Assembly (NCBI GenBank): GCA_963729955.1
Contig: CAVSQA010000008.1
Span: 66,547-130,546 of the forward strand
Reading direction: 5' to 3'
Source of the DNA: an uncultured Gemmatimonadales bacterium
GTDB taxonomy: Bacteria > Gemmatimonadota > Gemmatimonadetes > Gemmatimonadales > JACORV01
DNA: 64,000 bases
The notes under the pieces were generated by a model that worked only from the letters and a program-made list of their open reading frames with translations, searched no databases and was not told the origin of the DNA. The translations under genes were made by a program, and so were the position numbers. This document shows, one piece after another, positions 32,607 through 45,030 of this stretch (within the stretch, counting starts at the first letter, position 1; the number at the start of each line of letters is the position of its first letter).

Positions 32607-33662
32607 GTGAGGACTCTGGTCGTCGACGATCTCGCGTACAACGTTCGCACCTTGCGCGCCATTTTCCAGAGCGCGGGATACGACGTGGAGACCGCCGCCG
32701 ACGGACAGGCGGCCCTCGATGCCGTGCGCGCGCGCCGGCCCGATTTCATCATCACCGACATCCTGATGCCCCGGCTCGACGGCTTCCAGCTGTGCCGCGC
32801 CGTCAAGACCGACCCCGCCCTGGCCAGCATCCCCGTGATCTTCTACACCGGCTCGTACGTCGAATCCGCCGACCGCGAATTCGGCACTGGGCTGGGCGCC
32901 GCCGCCTACCTCCTCAAGCCGATGGAGCCCAAGGAGCTGCTCTCGGCGGTGGCCAAGGCGCTCGGCCAGCCGGAGCCGACCCTCAAGCCCCGCTCCAATC
33001 TGCGGGAGACCTTCGCGGCCGCGTACGCCGACCGGATCGCCGCCAAGCTCCAGGAGAAGGTCACGACGCTGAACCGGACCCTCGTGCAGCTCGAGGACAC
33101 GTACACCGGCACCGTGGCGGCGCTCACCCTCGCCCTGGCGCAGCGGGAGGGGACCGATCCGATCGAGGCCGAGCGACCGGCGCGGCTGGCGCTGCTCTTC
33201 TGCGAGCGCGTGGCGCCGCAGCTCGCCGCGGACCCGAACGTGTTCCGCGGCTTCCTGCTCCACGACATCGGGAAGCTCATGCTGCCGGAGGGGCTGCTCA
33301 CGAAGACCGGTCCCCTCACGGCCGAGGACAAGGCGCAGTTCCTGCGCCAGCCCGCCATCGCGGCCGACATCCTGAAGAACGTCCCCGGCCTCGGGCGCGC
33401 GCTGGAGATCGTGCGACATCACCACGAGCACTACGACGGCACCGGGCATCCCGAGCGGCTCAAGGGCGAAGCGATCCCGCTCGGCGCCCGGATCTTCGCC
33501 ATCTGCAACACCTTCGAGGCCATGACGTCGGTGCGACCCTACCGGCCGCGCTTCTCCGCCCAGCAGGCCATCGCGGAGCTGCGGCGCGGCGCCGGCACCG
33601 CGTTCGATCCGTCGCTGGTCGAGCCCTTCGTCGCCATGGTCAACGCCATGCAGGAGCCGTAA
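32607..33662 (+). CDS. Response regulator with HD-GYP-type output domain (variant motifs)
   Basis: REC domain (LVVDDLAYN...DFIITDILMPRLDG...YLLKP). HD domain (LLHDIGKLMLP) and HHEHYDGTGHPERLKGEAIPLGARIF. Confidence 0.85.
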   Translation: MRTLVVDDLAYNVRTLRAIFQSAGYDVETAADGQAALDAVRARRPDFIITDILMPRLDGFQLCRAVKTDPALASIPVIFYTGSYVESADREFGTGLGAAAYLLKPMEPKELLSAVAKALGQPEPTLKPRSNLRETFAAAYADRIAAKLQEKVTTLNRTLVQLEDTYTGTVAALTLALAQREGTDPIEAERPARLALLFCERVAPQLAADPNVFRGFLLHDIGKLMLPEGLLTKTGPLTAEDKAQFLRQPAIAADILKNVPGLGRALEIVRHHHEHYDGTGHPERLKGEAIPLGARIFAICNTFEAMTSVRPYRPRFSAQQAIAELRRGAGTAFDPSLVEPFVAMVNAMQEP

Positions 33663-33669
33663 GAGGGGC

Positions 33670-35571
33670 GTGGTGGCACCGGTCACCCTCAGCGTCGTCC
33701 TGGCCGCCACGCTCGTGGTCGTGGCCGCGCTGTGGGTGCGCGCGGCGGCCGCCCGCGCGGAGCTGGAGCGCAGCGCCTCCAGCCTCGAGGCGCTGAACCA
33801 GATCAGCCGCGTTCTGCTCACCGAGCGCAACCGCCGGGGCGTGCTGAAGCTGGTGGCGGAGGCGGCCGCGCGCTTCCTCAAGGCCGACATGGGCCACGTG
33901 GCGCTGCTCGACGCCGAGGGGAAGCATCTGGTGCTGGAGGCCGCCACCGGGCCGCTGGCGCCGCTCGTGGGCTCGGCCATCCCCCTGGATACCACGACGT
34001 CGGGCTGGGTCACCAGCCACGGCCAGGCCCTGGTGCTCAGCGACGCGGGCGGCGACGCGCGCCGGTTCCGCTCCCCGCACGAGCGGGTGACGCTGCGGCG
34101 CGTCGTCGCCCTGCCGCTCATCGTCCGCGGGCGCTGCGTGGGCGCGCTCGGCGTGGACAACCCGCGCGGCGACCGCGCGCCCGCCGAGCAGGACCTCGAG
34201 ACGCTCCACAACCTCGCTGATCACACGGGCCTGGTGCTCGAGAGCATTCGTGCCGTCGGTGAGCTGGCCGACCGCGAACGGCGGGCCGAGCTGTTGAACG
34301 CCGTCAACAGCCGGGTCCGGCAGTCCCTCGACCTCCAGACCACCCTCGACGCCGCGGTGCGCGAGCTGGGGTCGGCGCTGGGCGCCTCACGCTGTTTCGT
34401 GCGCCTCAGGCGCGGCAACGAGCTGCTGCCGCCGGCGAGCGAGTGGCACGGCCCCGAGGTGGCCGCCAGCGGCACGCGCGCCGATCCCACCCAGCCCATC
34501 CTCCTCACGGCGATGCGCGAGCGGCGCACCATCGACCTGACCGACGTACGGAGTGGGAGCGGCCTGCCGCCCGCGGCGGTGGACGCCGAGCAGCCGCTGG
34601 CGCTCCTGGTGACGCCCATCGTGCTGCGGGGTGAGGCGATCGGCGTCGTCGCGTTCCACCAGGTGGGCAGTGTCCGCTACTGGCGGCACGAGGAAATCGG
34701 GCTGGTCCAGGAGGTCGCCGCGGAGCTGGCGATCGCCGTATCCAACGCCCGCCTCTACCGCTCCACCGAGGAAACCAGCCGCGAGCTGGCGCTCAAGATC
34801 GGCGAGCTGGAGCGCGCCAACCGGATGAAGGCGCAGTTCCTGGCCAACATGTCGCACGAGCTCCGGACGCCGCTGAACTCCGTCATCGGCTTCTCGGAGA
34901 TGCTGCTCATCGGCGCGCTGGGGACGCTGTCGGACCAGCAGCGCGACGCGCTGGACACCGTCGCCCGCAACGGCCGTCACCTGCTGGGGCTGGTGAACGA
35001 CGTGCTCGACCTCTCGAAGGTGGATGCCGGCCGGATGGACCTGCATCTGATGCAGACCGACGTTCGCACGCTCATCGGCGACGTCATCACGGGGATGGAG
35101 AGCCTGATCCAGACGAAGGGCCACAAGGTGACTCTGGAGCTCGGCGACGCGCCGCTGCTGGTGACCGCCGACGAGATGCGGGTGCGGCAGATCCTCTTCA
35201 ACCTGCTGTCCAACGCCGTCAAGTTCACGCCGGCCGGCGGCCAGGTGACGGTACACGCCGGTCAGCGCCGCACCACGCTCCCGGTGGCGGGCGGCCGGCG
35301 GGCCGAGCGCGAGGCGATCTGGGTCTCCGTGACCGACAGCGGGATCGGCATCGCGAAGGACGATCTCCCGCGGCTGTTCACGGAGTTCAGCCAGGTGGAC
35401 GCCTCGTTCAGCCGTCGCTTCGAGGGCACGGGGCTCGGCCTCGCCCTGTCGAAGCGGTTCGTGGAGATGCACGGTGGCGTGATCGGCGTGGAGTCCACGC
35501 TGGGCCACGGCAGCACCTTCTGGATCGAGCTGCCGCTCGAGGGCCCGCAAACGGGCGTCGCCGTCGCCTGA
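33670..35571 (+). CDS. Sensor histidine kinase with an N-terminal TM helix and two GAF domains
   Basis: Single 633-aa ORF. H-box [25 protein letters not shown] boxes ([37 protein letters not shown]). Confidence 0.9.
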   Translation: MVAPVTLSVVLAATLVVVAALWVRAAAARAELERSASSLEALNQISRVLLTERNRRGVLKLVAEAAARFLKADMGHVALLDAEGKHLVLEAATGPLAPLVGSAIPLDTTTSGWVTSHGQALVLSDAGGDARRFRSPHERVTLRRVVALPLIVRGRCVGALGVDNPRGDRAPAEQDLETLHNLADHTGLVLESIRAVGELADRERRAELLNAVNSRVRQSLDLQTTLDAAVRELGSALGASRCFVRLRRGNELLPPASEWHGPEVAASGTRADPTQPILLTAMRERRTIDLTDVRSGSGLPPAAVDAEQPLALLVTPIVLRGEAIGVVAFHQVGSVRYWRHEEIGLVQEVAAELAIAVSNARLYRSTEETSRELALKIGELERANRMKAQFLANMSHELRTPLNSVIGFSEMLLIGALGTLSDQQRDALDTVARNGRHLLGLVNDVLDLSKVDAGRMDLHLMQTDVRTLIGDVITGMESLIQTKGHKVTLELGDAPLLVTADEMRVRQILFNLLSNAVKFTPAGGQVTVHAGQRRTTLPVAGGRRAEREAIWVSVTDSGIGIAKDDLPRLFTEFSQVDASFSRRFEGTGLGLALSKRFVEMHGGVIGVESTLGHGSTFWIELPLEGPQTGVAVA

Positions 35572-35578
35572 GGCGGCC

Positions 35579-38359
35579 TCAGCGCCGCGCGTGCAGCGCC
35601 CGCTCCACCGCGTCGCCCACCGCCGCCAGTCCGCCCGCCGCGAGCCGGATCCTGAGCACCGGCCGGCCGCGACGCTCCAGGGCCACCAGGTCGCCAAGGG
35701 CCTGCGCCCGCTCCAGCGTCCCGAACGTGTAGCGCTGCCCCGGCACGCGCAGCTCCGGGCCGCCGTCGCTCTCGAAGGTAGAGGAAGGCCCCGGCCGACG
35801 GCCCGCCCTTGTGGAGCTGGCCCGTCGAGTGCAGGTAGCGCGGGCCGTACGCCGCGCTGGTCGCGACGCCGAGCGCGTCGCGCAGCGCCGTGCGCAGCGC
35901 CGTCAGGGCCGCATCGTGCGCCGGCGACGGCGGGAGATAGGCCAGCAGGGCCGCGTAGTCGCCGCCGCCGATCCGCGCGAGCCAGCGTGACAGCGGCTCG
36001 CCGAGCTGCGCCGGATCCACCGCAGCCGGAGCGCTCGGCGCCTGGCCGGCGACCAGCTGCTCCAGCACGCGGCCGGTGTTCTCCTTGCTTTCCGCCACGT
36101 TGGGCTGGTCGAAGGCGTTGATGCCCAGCCACGAGCCGGCCAGCGCCGTGGCGACCTCCCACCGGTAGAACTCGGCGCCGAGGTCGAGCCGGTGCTCGAG
36201 CGACAGCCGCACCACCGGATGGCCGGCGCCCTCGAGGACCGTGAGCGCCGCGGCGGTCCGGGCGTCCGACGCCCCTTCCAGCTGCAGCGCGACGAACAGC
36301 CGGTCGGTCCCGTACGCCGCCGGCGGCGCGAGCGGCTCGCCGACCACCGGGACGAGTCCCTTCCCCTCCTTCCCGGTGCTCTCCGCCAGCAGCTGCTCGG
36401 CCCACGGACCGAACGCCTCGAGGCCGGGACCCGTCACGATGGTGACCTTGTCGCGTCCGGCGTTCCAGCCCGCGGCCAGGGCCGCACCCAGGCGGAGCCC
36501 CGGGTTGTCGCTCGCGCTGCGCTGGCGGCGCACGCCTCGGCCATCCGCCGCCGCACGCTCGAGCAGCGCCGCGAGATCGACGCCGAGCAGCGCGGCCGGC
36601 ACCAGGCCGAAGAACGACAGGGCACTGTAGCGGCCGCCGATGTCGGGCGGGATTCTCGAACACCCGCGCGCAACTTGCGCTCGCGCCCGAGCACGGCCAG
36701 CGCGGTGCCCGGATCGGTGATGGCGGCGAACTGCTCGCCCCGCCCGCCGGTCCGCTCCCAGAAGTACTCGAACAGGTCGCTCGTCTCGAGCGTGGTGCCC
36801 GACTTGCTCGACACCAGGAAGAAGGTGCGTTCGAGCGGCGCCGCGCGCTCGACGGCGGCGATGAAGGCGGGGTCCGTCGAATCGAGCACCGCGAGCATCG
36901 GAAACCCGTCCCGCGGGCCCACCACGCGGGCGAAGGTCTCCGGCGCGAGGCTCGAGCCGCCCATGCCGAGCAGCACGACCCGCGCGTAGCCCGCCTGCCG
37001 CACGCCGTCGGCGAAGCGGGCGAGGTCGCCTGCGCGCGGCGCCATGGTGCGCGGCAACTCGAGCCATCCGAGCCGCTGCGCGATCTCGTCCTGCGCCGTC
37101 CGGTCGTCCGACCACAGCGACGGGTCGCGCGCCAGCAGCCGCCTGGCCTGCTCGGCGCCCTCGCGCTGGATGAGCCCGCCCACGCCCTCTTCGAACACTG
37201 CCGGCCGCCGCGAAGCGCGCACCGGTCCGCGGGCGACCAACTGGTCGCGCTTCACCTCCAGCGCGGCCAGCAGGGCGTGGTAGGAGTCCGCGAACTTCTT
37301 CACCCCGTCCACCACCAGCAGGTCGGTGACCTGGTGCAGGCTCACGCCGAGCCGCTCGACGTCGGCGAGCAGCGCGCGCGTCTGCGTCCAGGTCCCGGTC
37401 GATGGTCCGCGCCGGCGTGCCGTGGTCGGCGAACGCGCGGAGCGTCACGAGCGGCATGGTGTTGACCGTGTCGGGGCCGATCAGCCGATCCACGTACATC
37501 GTGTCGGGGTACTTGGGGTTCTTGGTGCTGGTGCTGGCCCACAGCGGCCGCTGCACGGTCGCGCCCCTGGCCCCGCAGCGCCGCGAACCGCGGCGACGCG
37601 ACCGAGGCCGCGAACGCCTCGTAGGCCAGCTGCGCGTTGGCCACCGCGGCCCGGCCGAGCAGCGCCTCCGAGCGCCGCCGCTCCGCCGGATCGCTCGCCG
37701 CGGCCGCGCGCTCACCGAGCCGCTTGTCCACCTCGTTGTCCACCCGGCTCACGAAGAAGCTCGCCACGGAGTGGAGCCGCTCCAGCGGCTGCCGCGCCTG
37801 GAGGCGGCGCTCCAGCCCGCCCAGGTACGCCTCGATCACGCGGCGGTACATCTCCACCGCAGAACAGCAGCGTGATGTTCACGTTCACCCCGTCGGCGAT
37901 CAGCTGCTCGATCGCCGGCAGGCCCTCCACGGTGCCGGGCACCTTCACCATCACGTTGGGGCGATCGACCCGCTCCCACAGGCGGCGGGCCTCCACCACC
38001 GTGGCGGCGGTGTCGAACGCTCGGGTCGGCGCGACCTCGATCGACACGAAGCCGTCCGCCCCGCCCGACGCGTCGTGCACCGGCCGCAGCTGGTCGGCCG
38101 CCGCCCTCACGTCGGCGACCTCCAGCGACTCGAACATCGCGGCGGCGTCCCGCTGTGCGGCGGCCAGCGAGGCGATCTCCGCGTCGTAGGCGGCGCCGTG
38201 GGTGATCGCGTGCTCGAAGATCGTGGGGTTGGTGGTCACGCCGCGCACCCCGTCCTCCGCGATCAGCCGCCGCAGGCCGCCCGAAGTGAGCAGCTCGCGA
38301 TCGATGGTGTCCAGCCAGACGCTCTGGCCGAGCCGCTCGAGTTCCTGGATCCGCTGCAT
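35579..38359 (-). pseudogene. Bifunctional transaldolase / glucose-6-phosphate isomerase; frame-disrupted as sequenced
   Basis: Transaldolase N-terminal part in ORF 37712..38359 ([27 protein letters not shown]). PGI part in 36434..37345 and 35262..37715 ([48 protein letters not shown]). TGA at 35579-35581. Confidence 0.8.
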
Positions 38360-38374
38360 GGGGCCTCGTTCCCT

Positions 38375-40428
38375 TCAGGCTCGGGCCACGCGCGCCAGCA
38401 CGGCCCGGGCGCGCTCGACCACCTGCTCCGGCGTGAATCCGAATTCCGCGAGAATCCGCTCGTAGGGGGCCGACGCGCCGAACCGCTCGATACCCAGGGC
38501 GTCGCCCTCCGTTCCGACCCAGCGGTGCCACCCGAACGGCGTGCGCCACTTCCACCGCCAGCCGCGCGCGCACCGCCGGCGGCAGCACCTGTCGCGGTAC
38601 GCCGGCGCCTGGCGCGCGAAGCAGCTCGACGCTGGGCATGCTGACCACGCGCGTCGGCACGCCCTCGGCCTCCAGCCGCTCGCGGGCGGCGAGGCACAGG
38701 CCCACCTCCGACCCCGTGGCCATCAGCACGAGCCGCGGCGCTTCCGCCTCCGGCCTCGCGCCAGCACGTAGGCCCCGCGCAGCAGCCCGTCGGCGGGCGC
38801 GAAGCGCGACCGGTCGATGACCGGCACCTTCTGGCGCGTCAGCACCAGCGCCGTCGGACCGGTGGCGTTGAGCAGCGCGGCACGCCACGCCTGCGCCGTC
38901 TCGGGCGCGTCGGCGGGACGGATGACCGTCAGGTTCGGGATCGCCCGCAGCGCGGCCAGCTGCTCGATCGGCTGGTGGGTCGGACCGTCCTCGCCCAGGC
39001 CGACGCTGTCGTGGGTGAAGACGTAGATGACCGGCAGTCCCATCAGCGCCGCCAGCCGGATCGACGGCCGCATGTAGTCGGAGAAGATCAGGAAGGTCGC
39101 GCCGTACGGCCGCACGCCGCCGTGCAGGGCCATGCCGTTCAGCACCGCGCCCATCGCGTGCTCGCGGATGCCGAAGTGCATGTTGCGCCCGCCGAGCGCT
39201 GCCCGCCTCGAGGTCGCCCGCGCCCTTGATGAGCGTGTTGGTCGACGGCGCGAGGTCGGCCGAGCCGCCGACCAGCGTCCGGCACCGCCGGCGCGAGCGC
39301 GTTGATCACCTTCTGCGACCACGACGCGCGTCGCCTGCGAGCCGTCGGCCGGCGCGAAGGCCGGGCAGCGCCTGCTCCCAGCCCGCCGGCAGCTCGCCCG
39401 GCCAGCGCCGCCCGCCACTCGGCGGCGAGCTCGGGGTAGGCGCGCTGCGTAGGCCGCGAACCGCGCGTCCCACTCCGCCTCCAGCGCCGCGCCGCGCTCC
39501 ACGCAGCGGCCGCAGTGCGCCTTCACCTCGTCGGCGGCACCAGGAACGGCGGCTCGGCCGGCCAGCCGTAGGCCTCCTTGGTGAGCGCGATCTCCTCGGC
39601 GCCGAGCGGCGAGCCGTGCGCCTCGGCGGTGTCCTGCTTGTGCGGGCTGCCCCAGGCGATGTGGGTGCGCACGACGATCAGCGACGGGCGCGCCGTCTCC
39701 GCCTCGCGGCCGCCGCGAGCGCGGCGTCGAGCGCCGCGAGGTCGTTGCCGTCGGCGACGCGCTGGACGTGCCAGCCGTAGGCCTCGAAGCGCTGCGCGAC
39801 GTCCTCGCTGAAGGCGAGGTCGGTCGAGCCCTCGATGGTGATGTGGTTGTCGTCGTAGCAGACGATGAGCTTGCCCAGCTTGAGGTGCCCGGCCAGCGAC
39901 GCGGCCTCGTGCGAGATGCCCTCCATCAGGTCGCCGTCGCTGGCGATGGCGTAGGTCCAGTGGTTCACGATCTCGTGGCCGGGGCGGTTGAACCGCGCGG
40001 CCAGGTGCGCCTCGGCGATGGCCATGCCGACCGCGTTGGCGAAGCCCTGGCCGAGCGGGCCGGTCGTGGTCTCGACGCCGGGCGTGAGCCCGTACTCGGG
40101 GTGCCCCGGCGTGCGGCTGCCCCACTGCCGGAAGGCCTTGAGGTCGTCGAGCGTCAGGTCGTAGCCCGTCAGGAACAGCGACGCGTAGAGCAGCATCGAG
40201 CCGTGGCCGCAGGAGAGCACGAAGCGGTCGCGGTCCGGCCAGTCGGGGTGCCGCGGGTTGTGCCGCAGGTGCCGGGTGTAGAGCACGTAGGCCATCGGCG
40301 CCAGCGCCATCGGCGTCCCGGGATGTCCCGAGTTCGCCTGCTGCACCGCGTCCATCGCCAGCGTGCGGATGGTGTTGATGCACGAGCAGGTCGAGGTCCT
40401 GCCCGCCCATCTTGTTGTCGGAGGTCAT
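38375..40428 (-). pseudogene. tkt: Transketolase; frame-disrupted as sequenced
   Basis: [45 protein letters not shown] and [12 protein letters not shown] in ORF 39678..40355. [28 protein letters not shown] in 38723..39526. Start [15 protein letters not shown] at 40428. At least 4 frame changes. Confidence 0.85.
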
Positions 40429-40436
40429 AGCTGATC

Positions 40437-40465
40437 AATTTACCACTCCCCTAGCCTGATGCGAA
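40437..40465 (-). promoter_or_regulatory. Possible promoter giving a leaderless or near-leaderless tkt mRNA
   Basis: The minus strand reads TTCGCA (40465-40460), a 17-nt spacer, then TAAATT (40442-40437), then 8 nt to the tkt ATG (40428). The -35 element is only a partial match. Confidence 0.3.
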
Positions 40466-40468
40466 CCG

Positions 40469-42869
40469 ATGCGCCTGCGTCTTCCCGTCGTCCTGCTCTG
40501 CGCCGCCGTCCTCGCCGCCGCCGGTTTCGCCGCCCACGCCCGCCTCCGCCCCGGGCGCCAGGCCGACGGCTCCACGCTCCTGGCCGACGGCTGGCGCATC
40601 ACCCCGGCAGGCCGCGCCGTGGCCGTCGGCACGCTGCCGCTCGCGCTGGCGATCCATCCGGACGGACGGGTTCTCACGCTCCTCAGCGGCTACTCGACCA
40701 ACGGCCTGGTGGTGGTGGACCCGGCGCGCTGGGCGGTGAGCGACTCGGTGCCACTGAGCGCCGCCTGGATGGGCCTCGCGGTGCGGCACGACGGCGCCGT
40801 CTTCGCGTCGGGCGGCACCACCGACCGCGTGTGGCGGCTGGTGGAGACCGAGGGGCGGTGGGCGCGCGCCGACAGCGTCGTGCTGGCCGACTCCGGCGCG
40901 TCGGTGTTCCTCTCGGGGCTCTCGCTCGCGCCGGACGGCGGCCGCCTCGCGGTGGTGGGCGACCTGTGCGACTCCGTCTACCTGCTCTCCGCGTCGCCGC
41001 TGCGGCGCACGGCCGCGGCCGCGACCGGCAGCCATCCCTACACTGCGCTGTTCTCGCGCGACGGGCGCACCCTCTACGTCTCGAACTGGGGCGACAGCAC
41101 CGTCAGCGTCTACGGCGTGACGGGCGGCGCGCTGACGCCGCGCGGCGCGCTGGTGGTGCCGCCGCGGCCCTCGGCGCTCGCGCTCTCGCGCGACGGTCGC
41201 ACGCTGTTCATCGCGCACGCCGCCGCGGACGTCGTGTCGCTGGTGGACCTGCGGGACGGACGGGTGGCGCACACCGTGGCGCTGGGACTCACGGCGCGCG
41301 CGCCGCACGGCTCGGGGCCGAACGCCCTCGCGCTCGCGCCCGACGGCCGGACGCTGTACGTGGCCAACGCCGACAACAACGACGTGGCGGTCGTCCGAGC
41401 TCGGCGGTGACGACGGGCCGCGGGTCGCCGGGCTGATCCCGACCGCCTGGTACCCGACGGCCGTGGCGCTGTCGCGCGACGGGCGCACGCTGTACGTCGC
41501 CAACGGCAAGGGTACCGGCTCCGGCCCCAACCCGCTGGGACCGACCGCCCCGGGCTCGCTGCACAGCCAGTACATCGCGGCGCTCCTGGTAGGGCAGCCT
41601 GTCGCCGGATCCCGGTGCCGGATCCGCCCACGCTGCGCCGCTGGACGCGACAGGTGCTCGCCAACTCGCCCTACCGCGACGCGCTCCTCACGCGGGTCCC
41701 GTGGCCGTCGAGCTCGCCGATCCCGGACTCCGTCGGCAAGCCCTCACCCATCCGTCACGTGGTCTACGTCATCCGCGAGAACCGCACCTACGACCAGGTC
41801 TTCGGCGACGACGGCCGCGGCGACGGCGACTCGCGCCTCGCGATCTTCGGCGACTCGGTGACGCCCAACGCGCACGCGCTGGCGCGGCAGTTCGTGCTGT
41901 TCGACAACTTCTACGTGAACGGTGACGTGAGCGCCGACGGCCACTTGTGGGCGGACGCCGGCTACGCCGGCGACTACGTGGAGAAGACCTGGCCCGCCAA
42001 GTACAGCAACCGTCGCGACTGGGACTTCTGGGCCGGGCTCCCGGCCCTCGACCCGCTGGCAGGCTACATCTGGGACGCGGCGCGCCGCGCAGGCGTGACG
42101 GTGCGCAACTACGGCGAGATGACGCAGTGGGACAGCGCGGCGAAGGTCGCGCACACGGACGACAAGGGCCTCGCCGCGATCACCGACCGGCACTTCACCG
42201 GCTGGGACCTGGACGTCACGGACAGCGCGCGCGTGGACGAGTTCCTGCGCGAGCTGGGCGAGGCCGAGCGCGGCGGCACGCTGCCCCAGCTGATGATCCT
42301 GGATCTCCCGCAACGACCACACGTACGGCCGGCAGGCGGGGCGTCCCACGCCGCGCGCCATGGTCGCGGAGAACGACCGCGCGCTGGGGCGGCATGATCG
42401 AGGCGCTCTCGCACTCGCGGTTCTGGAAGGAGACGGCGGTCTTCGTGCTGGAGGACGACGCCCAGAACGGCCCCGATCACGTGGACGCGCACCGCTCACC
42501 GCTCCTCGTCATGAGCCCGTACGTCCGGCGCGGCATGGTGGACAGCACCTTCTACACGACCGCGTCGGTGCTGCGGACCATCGAGCTGATCCTCGGTCTC
42601 CCGCCGCTGAGCCAGTACGATGCCGCCGCCACGCCGCTGTTCCCCGCCTTCACGATGCGAGCCGGACACGGCGCCGTTCGCGGCGCTGCCCTCGCGCTGG
42701 CCGCTGGGCGAGACCAACCCGTGGAGGCGGCACTCCAGCCTGGACCCGCGGGTGTTCCTGCGCGCCCGACTTGGCGGACGAGAACGTGCTGAACCGCGAG
42801 ATCTGGGCGTCGGTGAAGACGACGCCGATGCCGGCGCCGAGGCACTCGGTCGATGCTGGTGAGAGGTGA
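40469..42869 (+). pseudogene. Fusion of a YncE/lactonase-type beta-propeller and a phosphoesterase (PLC/acid-phosphatase family) domain, secreted; frame-disrupted as sequenced
   Basis: Signal peptide MRLRLPVVLLCAAVLAAAGFA. Repeated ...DGRTLYV(A/S)N... propeller blades in ORF 40469..41410 and 41463..41861. Phosphoesterase part (HVVYVIRENRTYDQVFGD...FVLEDDAQNGPDHVDAHRSP) in 41615..42397 and 41947..42792. Stop TGA at 42867-42869. Confidence 0.7.
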
Positions 42870-43011
42870 GAGGTGAGACGTGAGAAGGACAGGTGAGGGG
42901 TGAGAGGGCGAAAGGCGTGAGAGGGCGCGAGGCCGATGTCGCGACGCGCCCTCTCACTTCATCTTCTCACCTCTCACCTCTCCATCTCACGTCTCACCCC
43001 TCACCTCTCAC
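42859..43011. repeat. Heptamer-array palindrome, GTGAG family, copy 2 (most symmetric copy)
   Basis: Seven GTGAG units (42859, 42866, 42873, 42880, 42893, 42900, 42917) and seven CTCAC units (42953, 42966, 42973, 42986, 42993, 43000, 43007). Core stem GTGAGAGGGCGCG (42917-42929) pairs with CGCGCCCTCTCAC (42945-42957). Confidence 0.9.
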
Positions 43012-43014
43012 GCT

Positions 43015-44011
<997 letters not shown>

Positions 44012-44099
44012 GCGGCGGTCCCCTTGCCTCCGGCGAGAAGCCGGAAAGGGTACGGCGCGGGGATGCCGCAGACAAGGCCCGCCGGCTACTATTGCCGCT

Positions 44100-44668
44100 A
44101 TGGACGCCCACGACGCCATCGCCCGACGGACCTCGACCCGGTCCTTCACGGCGGACCGCGTTCCCGCGCCCGCTCATCGAGCGGATCCTCGCCGCCGCCG
44201 TGCGAGCCCCCAACCACAAGCTCACCGAGCCGTGGCGGTTCGCGGTCCTGACCGGCGCCAGCGCCCGGCGGTTCGCCGAGCTCAAGCGCGAGCACCGGGC
44301 CACGCGATTCCCCGATCCGACCGCTCCCGAGGCGGTCCGAGGCCATCGACAAGACGTACCGGGAGGCCCGCGACACCCCGGCCTTCATCATCGTGATGTG
44401 CGCGACCTCCGACGACCCGGTGCGCCAGGAGGAGGACTTCGCGGCGACGATGATGGCGACGGAGAACCTGCTGATCGCGGCCACCGCCGAGGGCCTCGGG
44501 ACCTACGTCCGCACCGGCGGCATCATGCGGGACGCGGCGGTCCGCGAGCTGGCCCAGGCCCCGTCCAGCCACCGCATCGTCGCGGTCGTCTCGCTCGGCC
44601 ACCCCGGCGAGCCGCCGCAGGCCACGCGGCGAGCCGACCCCGCCGCGAAGACGGTCTGGCTGGATTAG
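44100..44668 (+). pseudogene. Nitroreductase-family protein; frame-disrupted as sequenced
   Basis: MDAHDAIARRTSTRSFTADRV (frame of ORF 43779..44396), then LIERILAAAVRAPNHKLTEPWRF (44092..44730), then ...ATENLLIAATAEGLGTYVRTGG...VSLGHPGE (44393..44668). Confidence 0.7.
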
Positions 44669-44726
44669 CCCGGCGGGGCGCACGCCCGGTGCGAATCCGG
44701 CGGCCCGGAGCTAACGTAAGGACACC

Positions 44727-44993
44727 ATGATCGTGGAACTGCTGATTGCGGGCGCGGCGCTGGGCGGCGGCTACAGCTGGACCAAGGGGTTCGTCCGCCG
44801 GCGCCTGCGCTTCGTGGACATGGTGCACACCCGGCCCGCGCCCTGGGTCGCCGGTGCAGCCGCGGCGCTGATCGCCACCCCCGTCACGATCCTGCCGCTC
44901 GTCACCGGAGCGGCGGCGATCGCCCTCGGCCTGGGTGTCGGTCTCGGCGTGCGGTCAGCGCAGCGCGACCGCCTGTTGCCCCCGGGCGACTAG
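44727..44993 (+). CDS. Small hypothetical membrane protein (88 aa, two predicted TM helices)
   Basis: ORF with an ATG start and two hydrophobic stretches (IVELLIAGAALGGG; AAAALIATPVTILPLVTGAAAIALGLGVGLGV). No homology recognised. Confidence 0.45.
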   Translation: MIVELLIAGAALGGGYSWTKGFVRRRLRFVDMVHTRPAPWVAGAAAALIATPVTILPLVTGAAAIALGLGVGLGVRSAQRDRLLPPGD

Positions 44994-45030
44994 CACCACT
45001 CCGGCCGGCGCCGGCGCGCCCAAGCGGCCG

